This document shows, one piece after another, positions 50,400-60,600 of a stretch of 64,000 nt of DNA. How positions within the stretch are numbered: position 1 is the first letter of the stretch; every line of letters begins with the position of its first letter. The notes below the pieces were generated by a model. It had not been told where the DNA came from. It did no database searches and saw only the letters and a list, made by a program, of their open reading frames with translations. The position numbers and the translations under genes were made by a program. Source of the stretch: Candidatus Omnitrophota bacterium (GTDB lineage Bacteria > Omnitrophota > Gorgyraeia > Aquiviventales > Aquiviventaceae); NCBI GenBank assembly GCA_023247255.1, contig JAHFGV010000004.1:20023-84022 (forward strand), read 5' to 3'.

Positions 50400-51161
50400 T
50401 TGACAGTCAAAGTCATCTCATGCTATCTTGCCTGTCCCATGCTTCGTCACATCTGGGCAATGGCCGAGCTGGTCTACCCTCCTATGTGCAGCCTCTGTCG
50501 GGCACATCTTGGCTGCCCCTCTGAGATCATCTGTCATGACTGCAGGATGGACATGTCACGCAATAGCCCGCCGGTCTGCACCCAATGCGGACTGGGGCTC
50601 TCCGGGGCTTTTGACGCAAAGCTGTTGTGCACCGGATGCCGAAGAAAACCACCGGCGTTTGACATGGCCAGGGCCCCCTGGTGCTATCGTGGCCCTGTGC
50701 AACAAGCGATTCAGCAGTTCAAATATAACCACTGCTGGCGTTTGACGGACTGGCTGGTCCAAGGTATGGCCCGTTCGGCACTGACTGATTTGCCGATGGA
50801 GCAAATTGATTTCGTCGTTCCTGTCCCGATGCATTGGCTTAAGAAACGCCTGAAGGGTTTCGATCATACAGTCTTTTTGGCCCGATCGGTGGCGAGAATC
50901 CTAAATAAACCATTTGCTCCACAGCTGCTTCAAAGTATCCGATGGACGAAAAGCCAAACCCGTCTGGGGTTCACTCATCGATTTCGAAACGTCCGAGGGA
51001 AGTTTCGAGCAAGATCGGTTCCTCACTCGATCCCTCTGTTGGTCGATGACGTGCTAACCAGTGGGGCAACCGCTCACGCTTGTGCGAAGGCACTCAAAGA
51101 AGCCGGTGCCAGACAGGTCTTTGTCATCACCGCTGCCAGAACACCCTTGAGCCTCCAATGA
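50400..51161 (+). CDS. comF: ComF-family protein (double zinc ribbon plus phosphoribosyltransferase domain)
   Basis: CxxC...CxxC zinc ribbons (PPMCSLCRAH...CHDCRMD...CTQCG...CTGCRRK). PRT motif LLVDDVLTSGATAHACAKAL. The likely start is MAELVYPPMC at ~50460. Confidence 0.75.
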   Translation: MTVKVISCYLACPMLRHIWAMAELVYPPMCSLCRAHLGCPSEIICHDCRMDMSRNSPPVCTQCGLGLSGAFDAKLLCTGCRRKPPAFDMARAPWCYRGPVQQAIQQFKYNHCWRLTDWLVQGMARSALTDLPMEQIDFVVPVPMHWLKKRLKGFDHTVFLARSVARILNKPFAPQLLQSIRWTKSQTRLGFTHRFRNVRGKFRARSVPHSIPLLVDDVLTSGATAHACAKALKEAGARQVFVITAARTPLSLQ

Positions 51162-52252
51162 AAATCTTGCGAACCTACGTGCTGTGTGAACATCTGAACC
51201 CATTTTTCGTTACCCTGGGAGGATTGACTGGCGTCTTGCTGCTAGGCAACACGGTCAAATTCGCGGATCTAGTCATCGCCAAGGGAGTCAGCTTTTTTGA
51301 CTTGTTACGATTGCTCATCTACCTCATTCCTTACATGCTGAGTTTCACCGTTCCCATGGCCTGCCTGGTTGCTATGATCCTAGCCTTTGGCCGACTCAAT
51401 ATGGATTACGAACTGATCGCCATGCGCGCATCGGGAATCGCACCCATTCGCCTGGTTTTTCCTTTCCTAACCCTGGGCCTACTCATCAGCGTCTTCATGG
51501 TCGCTCTTAACGATCGGGTCGTCCCATCGGCTCATCTTGCCTTCCGCCAACAACTCAAGGCGCTCGGCATCAAACAACCCACAGCGTATCTGGAAGCGGG
51601 AACATTCATCAAAGACTTTTCGCCCTACGTTATGTTCGTCTATCGAGTCGATGGACAGATGCTTCACAATGTCCGGATTTATGAGCCGCAGCCCAATGGT
51701 CCGACGCGCACGGTCATCGCTGATCGTGGAGAGTTCAACCCATTATCCAACAAAAAGCAGGGAGTGCGGTTGACGCTATTCAACGGGGTTGTAGATGAAT
51801 GGGACCCCATTCATCCGGGATCGTTACAGAAAGTCTCATTCGCCACCTACACCATGAATCTCCAATCAGACCAGCAAGACGCCGAGCGAATCGGAAAGAA
51901 AATTAAAGAGCTTACCTTCCAGGAACTCTTGGAAGAACGCCGTCGTCTGGCCGCGCAAGATATCGAAACCCTCCCAGTGAGCTTGGAACTCCATCGCAAG
52001 ATCGCTTCTTCTTTTGCACCCCTGACATTCATCCTGTTTGGACTGGGCTTCGGGCTGCGATTGAACCATCAAGAACGGCTGACCCCCTATCTTTGGGCCC
52101 TGGGAGTATTCCTTTGTTATTATCTGGGCAGCGTTGGAATGGACGTCCTAGCGCTCAAAGGTTGGTTGAGTCCCTGGTCAGCCATGTGGATACCTAATTT
52201 TGCGGGAATCCTCATCAGCGGAGTTCTGCTTTTTCGCACGCTGAATCGCTGA
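51080..52252 (+). CDS. lptF: LPS export ABC permease LptF
   Basis: MKILRTYVLCEHLNPFFVTLGGLTGVLLLG... of the LptF/LptG family. The likely start is 51158, overlapping the comF stop (ATGA). Confidence 0.75.
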   Translation: MCEGTQRSRCQTGLCHHRCQNTLEPPMKILRTYVLCEHLNPFFVTLGGLTGVLLLGNTVKFADLVIAKGVSFFDLLRLLIYLIPYMLSFTVPMACLVAMILAFGRLNMDYELIAMRASGIAPIRLVFPFLTLGLLISVFMVALNDRVVPSAHLAFRQQLKALGIKQPTAYLEAGTFIKDFSPYVMFVYRVDGQMLHNVRIYEPQPNGPTRTVIADRGEFNPLSNKKQGVRLTLFNGVVDEWDPIHPGSLQKVSFATYTMNLQSDQQDAERIGKKIKELTFQELLEERRRLAAQDIETLPVSLELHRKIASSFAPLTFILFGLGFGLRLNHQERLTPYLWALGVFLCYYLGSVGMDVLALKGWLSPWSAMWIPNFAGILISGVLLFRTLNR

Positions 52253-52253
52253 C

Positions 52254-53333
52254 ATGCGTATCCTCGACCGTTATGTCGTCAGACAATGGATGCCCGCCTG
52301 GTGCTGGGGAATAGCGATCTTCTTGCTCCTCAGTTGCCTGTTGGACTTGTTCGGACATTTGGATGAAATCTTCCGCTATCGTATTGCCGCACTTACGCTC
52401 ATCCAATACTACGTTAACTTTTCTCCATTGGTATTCGTGCACGCCGCTCCCTTTGCCTCGCTTTTGGCCACGGCCTTCGTGACTAGCCGCCTCACCCGCA
52501 ACCATGAACTTTTGGCACTCAGCGCCAGTGGAACCAGCCTACTGCGAAGCAGCCTTCCCTTTCTCTTTATGGGCTGGTGCGTTGGGCTTTGTGTATTCGC
52601 TGTCAATGAACGTGTGATCCCGCATACTTCTCGTATTCAAGAGCATATCCAGCGGGAGGCCTTCCGTGAGCAGAACAAAGAAAACGTCATTGAAAACGTG
52701 GCCATCATTGATAGCGCCAACCGTCTGTATCACGCTCGGAAGCTGCATGTGAAGACTCAAGAACTGCATGAGTTGACCGTGCTGGAACACGATTCTGCCA
52801 ACCGCCCCACGAGTATCCTGCACGCCAGCCGCGCGATTTGGACGAAGGATGGCTGGTTACTGCTTTATGGAACGTTTTATCGTGAGGGGACATCGGAAAT
52901 CTCGAAAGAAAATCCACAACCCTTTATGGAACGGTTGATCCCCTACCCGGTCAATCTCCAATCGTTTAGCGAACCCCAGACACGTACGGAGACTATGCGG
53001 TACGGGCAATTGCGTCTGTTTATCATTCACTTAAAACAGATGGGGATCACTACCTTGAGGCGCTATTACGTAGAACTCGTGGCGAAGGTCACTGTGCCGT
53101 TTATGAATGTGGTTATCTGCTTGATCGCCTTCGTGGGCACCAGCTCAAAGAACCTGCGTGGAAATCTGAAGGGACTGGGTGTCAGCCTTGGGTGGGGAAC
53201 ACTCTACTTTATCGGTGTCCACGTAGCAATCGCAATGGCCAAAGCGTGGGACGTACCCATCTTTATCACTGCGATACTGCCACATGTTATTGCCCTGTGG
53301 AAGTGCTTTCGGATTCTTCGTCGGGCGACTTAA
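52254..53333 (+). CDS. lptG: LPS export ABC permease LptG
   Basis: MRILDRYVVRQWMPAWCWGIAIFLLLSCLLDLFGHLDEI... Six TM helices, paralogous to the preceding gene. Confidence 0.75.
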   Translation: MRILDRYVVRQWMPAWCWGIAIFLLLSCLLDLFGHLDEIFRYRIAALTLIQYYVNFSPLVFVHAAPFASLLATAFVTSRLTRNHELLALSASGTSLLRSSLPFLFMGWCVGLCVFAVNERVIPHTSRIQEHIQREAFREQNKENVIENVAIIDSANRLYHARKLHVKTQELHELTVLEHDSANRPTSILHASRAIWTKDGWLLLYGTFYREGTSEISKENPQPFMERLIPYPVNLQSFSEPQTRTETMRYGQLRLFIIHLKQMGITTLRRYYVELVAKVTVPFMNVVICLIAFVGTSSKNLRGNLKGLGVSLGWGTLYFIGVHVAIAMAKAWDVPIFITAILPHVIALWKCFRILRRAT

Positions 53334-53426
53334 AATCCGCAATTCGCAATCCCAAATCCGAAATTAAAAACTTGCTCCTTGCCCCATACTGACGCCCAGA
53401 GTCGAAAGGGGTTTCCCAACCGTCTG

Positions 53427-54689
53427 CTAAGTACCCAGCTCCCAACTGGAAAGATAATGTTTCTGGGCAGCGCTCAGACGATCGATGGATACCCCCAGGG
53501 ATTGAAGTTTCAATCGAGCGATCTGCCGGTCCAACTCCACAGGCACCGGGTAAACGCGGTTATCCATCCGATGGGCATGGGTTTTCAAATATTCGCAACT
53601 CAGGGCCTGATTGGCGAAAGACATGTCCATCACTCCTGGAGGATGTCCCTCGGCACAGGCGAGATTGACCAACCGGCCCTCTGCCAGAACATTGATCCGC
53701 CGGCCATCGTTCAGCACGTACTGGTGAATGCCATTGCGGATCCCTGCGTGCCGACGGCTCATCTTTTTCAATACAGCTAAGTCGATTTCAACATCAAAGT
53801 GACCCGCATTCGCAACGATCGCACCATCCTTCATCCTCGCAAAATGAACGCCGGTGAGAACCTGGTTGCAGCCGGTGACGGTCACAAACAGATCTCCACT
53901 TCGAGCAGCCTCGGTCAGTGGCATGACCTGAAAACCATCCATGACGGCTTCCAGGCTCTTGATGGGGTCCACTTCACACACGATCACACGGGCTCCCATC
54001 CCTTTTGCCCGCTGGGCTAAGCCCTTGCCACACCAACCATAGCCGCAGACTACGAATAGGGATCCCGCAAGCAACTGATTGGTCGCTCGCAGGATGCCAT
54101 CGATGGTGGATTGTCCCGTCCCGTAGCGATTGTCAAAAAGATGCTTGGTGCTGGCGTCGTTGACGGCGATCACCGGGTAACGTAACTTTCCCTGTGCTTC
54201 CAGACTTCGAAGGCGAATCACCCCTGTGGTAGTCTCTTCGGTTCCCCCGACGATATTTTTCCCAAAGCAGTGAGGCTCTTTGTGGATCATCGAGACCAAA
54301 TCCGCCCCGTCATCCATAGTGGCATGGGGCGATAGGTCCAGCGCCTGCTGAAGGTGCCTATAGTACGTCTTGCGATTCTCTCCACGGATGGCATAAACCG
54401 GAATCCCGAAATCCGTCACCAGGCTCGCTGCGATATCATCCTGAGTGGAGAGTGGGTTCGACGCACAGAGGGCAATCTGGGCACCGGCTGCTTTCAGGGT
54501 GATCATCAAATGAGCGGTCTCCGTCGTAACGTGAAGGCAGCAAGCGACGCGCAAACCCCTCAGCGGACGGCTACGTCCCATTCGCAAGCGGATACTCAAA
54601 AGCACCGGCATCTGACGTTCTGCCCAGAGGATCTTAGACTTTCCTGACGGGGCCAGGGCTCGGTTTTTAATGTCGCAAGATGGACTCAC
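53427..54689 (-). CDS. ahcY: adenosylhomocysteinase
   Basis: [33 protein letters not shown]...[20 protein letters not shown]...[43 protein letters not shown]... NAD-binding Rossmann motif. Confidence 0.9.
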   Translation of the reverse strand: MSPSCDIKNRALAPSGKSKILWAERQMPVLLSIRLRMGRSRPLRGLRVACCLHVTTETAHLMITLKAAGAQIALCASNPLSTQDDIAASLVTDFGIPVYAIRGENRKTYYRHLQQALDLSPHATMDDGADLVSMIHKEPHCFGKNIVGGTEETTTGVIRLRSLEAQGKLRYPVIAVNDASTKHLFDNRYGTGQSTIDGILRATNQLLAGSLFVVCGYGWCGKGLAQRAKGMGARVIVCEVDPIKSLEAVMDGFQVMPLTEAARSGDLFVTVTGCNQVLTGVHFARMKDGAIVANAGHFDVEIDLAVLKKMSRRHAGIRNGIHQYVLNDGRRINVLAEGRLVNLACAEGHPPGVMDMSFANQALSCEYLKTHAHRMDNRVYPVPVELDRQIARLKLQSLGVSIDRLSAAQKHYLSSWELGT

Positions 54690-54749
54690 AACACCCTCCT
54701 TTTTTCATTACAGATTGCAGATTGTGAAAGACACTCATTTGAAAATAGC

Positions 54750-55895
54750 TTAGTGGTGCTTAAACGCTCGCTTCACCTGATCCAGACGATCAAGGGCTTC
54801 CCATGGAAATCCTTCTTGTTCACGCCCAAAATGCCCATAGGCGGCGGTCTTGCGATAGATGGGACGACGCAGCTTCAAGGTCTGGATGATGCCGCTTGGG
54901 GTCAGATCGAACACCTGGCGGATGACCTTTACTATATGCTCGTCAGATACCTTGCCCGTTCCATGGGTGTTGACCATGACAGAAACCGGCTCGGCAATCC
55001 CAATTGCGTAGGCCAGTTGGATTTCACAGCGATCCGCAACCCCTGCCGCTACCAAGTGCTTGGCCACATACCGGGCCATGTACGCCGCGGAACGATCCAC
55101 TTTTGTCGGATCCTTCCCCGAAAACGCCCCACCCCCGTGGCCGATCACACCCCCATAGGTGTCCATGACGATTTTTCTTCCCGTCAGACCGGTATCCGCC
55201 ATGGGACCGCCAACCTCAAAACGCCCTGTCGGATTGATAAAGATATTCGTCCGCTTATCCAACCACTCCTTCGGCACGATGGGAGCGATGACCAATCGTT
55301 TCATATCCGCGCGAATCCGTGACAGCGGAACCCCTGCCTTATGGTGAACGCTGACGACTAGCGCATCGATTCGCGCAATCCGCCCATCGTGATACTCGAC
55401 CGTCACTTGCGTCTTACCATCCGGCCGCAGATAACTTAGTAAATGCTGCTTGCGCACTTCTGCAACGCGCCGGGCCAGGCGATGGGCAAGCATAATGGGC
55501 AGCGGCATCAACTCGGGCGTCTCGCGCGTGGCATATCCGAACATCATCCCTTGGTCGCCCGCCCCTCCCTGATCCACACCCAGAGCGATATCGGGCGATT
55601 GCGCTTGAATGGAAGTCACCACCCCGCAGGTTTCATGGGCGAACCCATTCTGTGGCTCCTCGTAGCCAATGATGCGAATCATCTCACGGACGATCTGGGG
55701 AATCTCAATGTAACAGGAAGTGGTAACTTCTCCAGCAACACAGACGAATCCAGTGGTGATTAATGTTTCACAGGCCACGCGGCCGTTGGGATCCTTTTCA
55801 TAGATCGCATCCAACACAGCATCCGAAATCTGGTCCGCCATCTTGTCCGGATGCCCCTCAGTAACCGATTCCGACGTGAAGAACAAACGTTTCAT
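54750..55895 (-). CDS. metK: S-adenosylmethionine synthetase
   Basis: [49 protein letters not shown]...[37 protein letters not shown]. Confidence 0.95.
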   Translation of the reverse strand: MKRLFFTSESVTEGHPDKMADQISDAVLDAIYEKDPNGRVACETLITTGFVCVAGEVTTSCYIEIPQIVREMIRIIGYEEPQNGFAHETCGVVTSIQAQSPDIALGVDQGGAGDQGMMFGYATRETPELMPLPIMLAHRLARRVAEVRKQHLLSYLRPDGKTQVTVEYHDGRIARIDALVVSVHHKAGVPLSRIRADMKRLVIAPIVPKEWLDKRTNIFINPTGRFEVGGPMADTGLTGRKIVMDTYGGVIGHGGGAFSGKDPTKVDRSAAYMARYVAKHLVAAGVADRCEIQLAYAIGIAEPVSVMVNTHGTGKVSDEHIVKVIRQVFDLTPSGIIQTLKLRRPIYRKTAAYGHFGREQEGFPWEALDRLDQVKRAFKHH

Positions 55896-55928
55896 GAGTA
55901 ACCTCCTTACTAATCTCGATAGAATTGC

Positions 55929-56708
55929 TTATCCCTGCAGTTTCAAACGCTTGGAAACAGCGGGTGAACCCCAAATGTTTACCACTGTCCGATAGGCTTC
56001 AATAGAACCGATATCATACCAGGCACCCGTCATCGGCACGCCGTAGACGGATTCGCGCTCAAGCAGCCACGCAATCAGATGCCCTGGGGCATCCCCGTTT
56101 TGTCCCTCGTCAAGAAACTGCCGGATTCTGAAAACCATGGGCTGTGGAAAGTAATAGACGCAAAGGGCCACTTCCTTGGAAGACGGCTGGGGTGACTTCT
56201 CGACGAAGGAGATAATACGCGACGACGGTTCCCTCTTGACGACCCCGAACTGTCTGGCCGCCTCCAGGCGAGGAGCTTCCCATAAAGCCACACTCGCAGA
56301 CGGCCAATACCGTTTGGCCGTAGCCACAAACTCGGCAACGGACCAGTCAAATAAGTTGTCCGTCCCAATCACAAGCAAATCGTTGAGATCCCCTGTCTGT
56401 GTCCTGGCAAGCTCCAGATCGCGCACGGCGCCCAAACGACCTTCGGGGTTGCGCGTCCCATCGTCGACGATCTGGATATTGACATCGCGTGCGCGCTGCC
56501 AGGCGCGAAACCGATCGGCAAAAAGCGTGTTGGTAACCAAGACACACCGCTTCCCCTCAGGCACGTCGGGGAGGGTACGGATGATGGCATCCAAAATCAC
56601 GCCTTCACCCAGGGGAAGCAACGCCTTGGGGGTGTCTTTCGTTAAAGGATACAACCGCGTCCCATATCCTGCAGCCAGCAAAACTACCGTCACCGGCATA
56701 TCCCTCAC
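55929..56708 (-). CDS. sugar-phosphate nucleotidyltransferase (NTP_transferase family)
   Basis: VVLLAAGYGTRLYPLTKDTPKALLPLGEGVILD is the G-x-G-T-R-L N-terminal signature. The sugar specificity is not determinable. Confidence 0.7.
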   Translation of the reverse strand: MRDMPVTVVLLAAGYGTRLYPLTKDTPKALLPLGEGVILDAIIRTLPDVPEGKRCVLVTNTLFADRFRAWQRARDVNIQIVDDGTRNPEGRLGAVRDLELARTQTGDLNDLLVIGTDNLFDWSVAEFVATAKRYWPSASVALWEAPRLEAARQFGVVKREPSSRIISFVEKSPQPSSKEVALCVYYFPQPMVFRIRQFLDEGQNGDAPGHLIAWLLERESVYGVPMTGAWYDIGSIEAYRTVVNIWGSPAVSKRLKLQG

Positions 56709-58444
56709 TCCGTGAGGTCTGGGACTATCTGCTTCAATGTCGCCGTAAGAAACGCTTCCACTTCCTTGCCTGTTTTAAGCGTCAGGACCTGTTCGACCAC
56801 CGAACGGGCAAAGGAGTGTTCGACCGATCGAATCACACGTTTGACCAACGGCAACTGGACCGGCGAGGTGGAGAACTCATCCAACCCCATTCCCATCAAC
56901 AGCAGCGTCATAACGGGCTCCCCGGCCATTTCTCCACACATACCCACCCAGAGATTGGCCGAGTGCCCCACTTCAATCACCCGCTGGATGAGCCTCAGGA
57001 TGGCCGGATGGGTAGGCTCGTAGAGATAGGCGATTTTTTCATTGACCCGATCAACGGCCAGGGCATATTGAATCAAATCATTGGTTCCAATGGAGAAAAA
57101 ATCCACCTCCTTCGCCAACAGATCACAGGTCAAAGCCGCGGAGGGAACCTCGATCATCGCTCCCACTTCAAAACGTTCAGCCATCGGTGCACCCTCTCGC
57201 GAGAGCTCCTCGCGGACGTCCCGGAAGATTTCGTTGGCTCGCTGCAATTCCTCAAGGCTTGAGATCATGGGGTACATCATCTTGAGGTTGCCATGGATGC
57301 TGGCTCGAAGAATGGCACGCAGTTGCACACGGAAAATCTCCGGGCGGGCCAGGCTAAACCGAATGGCACGCCAACCCATGAAGGGGTTCATCTCGGAAGG
57401 CAGTTGCAAGGGAGAAAGAAATTTATCTCCACCCAGATCCATGGTGCGGATAACGACTGGTTGTCCTTTAAGGCGTTCTGCCACCGATCGGTAGGCGTCA
57501 TACTGTTCCTCCTCGGTTGGCAAATCCAACCGGTTCAGATAAAGGAACTCCGTGCGGAAAAGTCCGATGCCATGGGCCCCATGGGCGATAACCGATGGCA
57601 ATTCGTCGGGAAGCTCGATATTGGCCGACAGGGTCACTGAATGATGATCGAGCGTCTCTGCCGGCAGGTCCTTTAAATGGAGCAACTGGCGGTTGATCTC
57701 TTGGGCTCGTCGGTGCTCCAGCTCGTAGCGCTCTACCGTGGAGGGATCGGGATCAATGAGCACATCCCCATGCGTACCATCTACAATCATAAACGATCCT
57801 TCAGAAATCCGTTTTGTCGCTGAAACCAGCCCCACGACGGCTGGAATCTCCAGGGATTTAGCCATAATGGCCGTATGGCTGGTGCGTCCCCCGACATCGG
57901 TGACAAAAGCCAGGATGTTGTGCCTGTGCATCAGAGCCGTTTCAGAAGGAGACAGATCCCTTGCCACGAGGATGACCCGCTGGCTGAGTCTCTCCAGAAC
58001 ATCCGTCTGCTTGCCCAAGAGGTTTCGAAGCACACGCTTGCGGACATCTTCCACATCAGCCGTTCGTTCTCGCAAATATTCGTCGTTGGTTCGAGAAAAC
58101 GCTTTGAGGTGACGCAAGACCACCTCATTGAAAATGGTCTCGACATTGAGGTGCTGCGATTTTAAACCAGTGATGATTTCTTCTCGAAGGGATTGGTCCT
58201 CGAGGACCAAAAGGTGGGCGTTGAAGATTTCCGCTTGTTCCTGCCCCAGTTCTTCGGCGAGCCGTTTCTGGATGCCACTGATTTGATGGCGGGTTTGAAT
58301 CAAAGCCTCTTCCAATCGGAGAACCTCAGCGGGAATCTCACCATCACTGATGGATCGCTTAGGCACAAGCAGCTCCTCTCTGAAGAGCAAGGCCTTGCCC
58401 ATAGCGATACCCGGAGCCGCTGGAATTCCTTTAAGTGCGATCAT
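56705..58444 (-). CDS. ptsI: phosphoenolpyruvate-protein phosphotransferase (PTS Enzyme I)
   Basis: ...AFVTDVGGRTSHTAIMAKSLEIPAVVG (active-site His region), PEP-utilizing TIM-barrel C-domain, ...MCGEMAGEP. Shows 4-nt overlaps with both neighbouring genes. Confidence 0.9.
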   Translation of the reverse strand: MIALKGIPAAPGIAMGKALLFREELLVPKRSISDGEIPAEVLRLEEALIQTRHQISGIQKRLAEELGQEQAEIFNAHLLVLEDQSLREEIITGLKSQHLNVETIFNEVVLRHLKAFSRTNDEYLRERTADVEDVRKRVLRNLLGKQTDVLERLSQRVILVARDLSPSETALMHRHNILAFVTDVGGRTSHTAIMAKSLEIPAVVGLVSATKRISEGSFMIVDGTHGDVLIDPDPSTVERYELEHRRAQEINRQLLHLKDLPAETLDHHSVTLSANIELPDELPSVIAHGAHGIGLFRTEFLYLNRLDLPTEEEQYDAYRSVAERLKGQPVVIRTMDLGGDKFLSPLQLPSEMNPFMGWRAIRFSLARPEIFRVQLRAILRASIHGNLKMMYPMISSLEELQRANEIFRDVREELSREGAPMAERFEVGAMIEVPSAALTCDLLAKEVDFFSIGTNDLIQYALAVDRVNEKIAYLYEPTHPAILRLIQRVIEVGHSANLWVGMCGEMAGEPVMTLLLMGMGLDEFSTSPVQLPLVKRVIRSVEHSFARSVVEQVLTLKTGKEVEAFLTATLKQIVPDLTE

Positions 58445-58734
58445 GTCGTGCGAGAAGAAGATGAAATGTCAGGTAGGGGTTCACTCACTAACTGGCACAA
58501 CCGCTCAAGGGCCTCGACCGCATCGGAACCTTCTGCCATAACCACAATACGCGAGCCCGGGTGGGCAGCAAGCGTCAACAGCCCCATGATCGATTTTCCA
58601 TCAACGATCTTCCGTCCCTTCTTGACAGTCACCCGGCTAGAATACTGCTTGGCCATCTGCACAAATATGGCTGCGGGACGGGCATGCAAGCCTTGGCGAT
58701 GCACCACAGTAACGGTACGCTGCACCCGCACCAT
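58441..58734 (-). CDS. ptsH: phosphocarrier protein HPr
   Basis: MVRVQRTVTVVHRQGLHARPAAIFVQ... carries the GLHARPA His15 motif. ...KSIMGLLTLAA is the Ser46 region. Confidence 0.85.
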   Translation of the reverse strand: MVRVQRTVTVVHRQGLHARPAAIFVQMAKQYSSRVTVKKGRKIVDGKSIMGLLTLAAHPGSRIVVMAEGSDAVEALERLCQLVSEPLPDISSSSRTT

Positions 58735-58749
58735 CTTTAGATCGGTCCT

Positions 58750-58972
58750 TTAACAGGCTGCTGAAAAAGGCGCATCTGCTGCGTTACATCCCTTACGGCT
58801 TCGTCAGCGTACTTTCTAGTACGCGCCTCCTCAGCCGAATCGAGCTGCGCCTTGCATCTCGCACCTTTTTGAGCAGCCTAAGAGTGCCTAACATAATGAG
58901 CACATGGCTGCGATCATTATGTTAGGCACTCTAGTATCCCGTGGGTTTTTCAGCAATCTGTTAAACCGAGAT
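58750..58972. repeat. family-C MITE-like element (long variant) between ptsH and yvcK; its terminus overlaps the yvcK stop codon
   Basis: Termini ttaacaggctgctgaaaaagg ... tttttcagcaatctgttaaacc. There is an internal second palindrome (gtgcctaacataatgagcaca...cattatgttaggcac). The TAA stop of yvcK is the TTA of the terminal ctgTTAaacc. Confidence 0.75.
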
Positions 58973-60253
58973 GGCCGACGGCAAAATCGATGGATCGGTC
59001 GGCGGTCCATTCGTAGTCACGGTTCGATTCCGTGAACCAACGATGAGGTTAATGATGCTCCGCGCCACTTTTTCGGGATCATGACGAACCACCCCATCGG
59101 TACTCACCAAATCGTCGGCAACCACTTGATAGCCCAACGCTCGGATCCGTTGAATATCGGACTCGACTGGAAATGCGTCTTCTTGTCGATACCGATCCAG
59201 AAAAGCATCCGGAATCGGACCGGTATTGACCAGACACACCTGGATGATACCCGGATTAGTGTGGGACACCAAAGCCCGGACATGATCGCTCGCCTTATAC
59301 GCATGGGTCTCACGAGTTTGGGTCATCACATTGCAGATATATAATTTCAAGGCCTTGGATGCTACAATCGCATCCACCATCCGATCCACTAACAAATTAG
59401 GAATGATGCTGGTGTATAACGATCCGGGACCGAGCACAATGGCGTTGGCATCACGGATCTGGGCCAACGCCTCAGCAGTGGGTTGGCATCCGGCAGGTTC
59501 CAGATATACTCGGCGGATGGGCACCGGCGCTTTGGAAATCTGAGTTTCTCCACGGGTGACGCTGCCATCTTCATGCTCGGCAATCAGACATACTTTCGCA
59601 TTTGTCGCAGGCACCACCCGTCCTCGAATGGCCAACACTTTACTCGAAGCCTGCACCGCCTGCTCGAAATCTCCGGTGATCTGTGTCATAGCGGTAATGA
59701 AAAGGTTACCGAAATTGTGCCCGCGCAAAGGAGAATTGCCGCCAAATCGGTACTGGAACAACTGCTGCATGAGGGGTTCGGCATCTGCCAACGCAACCAG
59801 ACAGTTGCGGATGTCTCCTGGAGGCAATATGTCAAACTCCTCCCGAAGGCGTCCGGAGCTGCCTCCATCATCAGCAACGGTGACTATGGTAGTGATATTC
59901 GTGGTGTATTGTTTTAATCCATGAAGGATGGTTGACAGTCCTGTTCCACCCCCGATAGCCACAATCCGGGGCCCTTTCTCCAGATGCCGCCGTTGAAACA
60001 CCCTTTCGACCAGATCTTGTTGCGGTCGCGGGGAAACCACGTCCAACAGCGAACGGACAATGAGCACCACCCCCATGCTGAGCGAAGTCAACCCAATCAC
60101 TAGAATCCCCAAGCTGATGGCACGCTGGAAAATGTTATTTTCCACAGGCAAAAGCGCAGAACCAATGCCAAAACAGAACACCCCACCCAACGCCAGAAGA
60201 ACCCAGCGCTTAACCTGCATTCCAGGATAAAGCCATTTCAGAAATCGCATCAC
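58961..60253 (-). CDS. yvcK: YvcK/UPF0052-family gluconeogenesis factor (CofD-like) with N-terminal membrane anchor
   Basis: IVAIGGGTGLSTILHGLKQYTTNITTIVTVADDGGSSGRLREEFDILPPGDIRNCLVALAD... Two N-terminal hydrophobic helices. Confidence 0.85.
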   Translation of the reverse strand: MMRFLKWLYPGMQVKRWVLLALGGVFCFGIGSALLPVENNIFQRAISLGILVIGLTSLSMGVVLIVRSLLDVVSPRPQQDLVERVFQRRHLEKGPRIVAIGGGTGLSTILHGLKQYTTNITTIVTVADDGGSSGRLREEFDILPPGDIRNCLVALADAEPLMQQLFQYRFGGNSPLRGHNFGNLFITAMTQITGDFEQAVQASSKVLAIRGRVVPATNAKVCLIAEHEDGSVTRGETQISKAPVPIRRVYLEPAGCQPTAEALAQIRDANAIVLGPGSLYTSIIPNLLVDRMVDAIVASKALKLYICNVMTQTRETHAYKASDHVRALVSHTNPGIIQVCLVNTGPIPDAFLDRYRQEDAFPVESDIQRIRALGYQVVADDLVSTDGVVRHDPEKVARSIINLIVGSRNRTVTTNGPPTDPSILPSAISV

Positions 60254-60439
60254 AGCTTCTGCTCCTTAAAAACTCTCAGACGAAATAATCCGTAATCTAA
60301 AATCCGGAATCGACCCCGCCATCGGGCCAACAGCCGAAGGCATAGACCCAGTTGGTTTGCTTAAGCGAACGGCTGGGGCTATATTCCTACGTGTTTGACG
60401 TCGAGCGTTTCACTCGTCACTGATCACTGGCCACTGACT

Positions 60440-60600
60440 TAGCAGGCTGCGGAAAAACCCTTCGGGGTTCTGGGTTGAGGGTTCAGGGTTCGGGGCAAAT
60501 ACACCACCGCTCGTCGGTGATACGGGTCCTGGCCCCCAGCCCAGAACCCCGAACCCTGAACCGACTGGCATTTTTCAGCATCCTGTTAGTGGCGACGCTC
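60440..60600 (-). repeat. family-C MITE-like element, inverted copy of the 50130-50292 element; its terminus overlaps the ptsN stop codon
   Basis: The reverse complement is near-identical to 50130-50292 (ccactaacaggatgctgaaaaatgccagtcggttcagggttcggggttctgggctgggggccaggacccgt...). The ptsN TAA lies inside the terminal ctgttagtgg. Confidence 0.8.

Noticed and set aside
53334-53426. Possible bidirectional terminator between convergent lptG and ahcY
   Set aside because: Only weak, imperfect stems without a clear U-run on either strand. Not reportable as a terminator.
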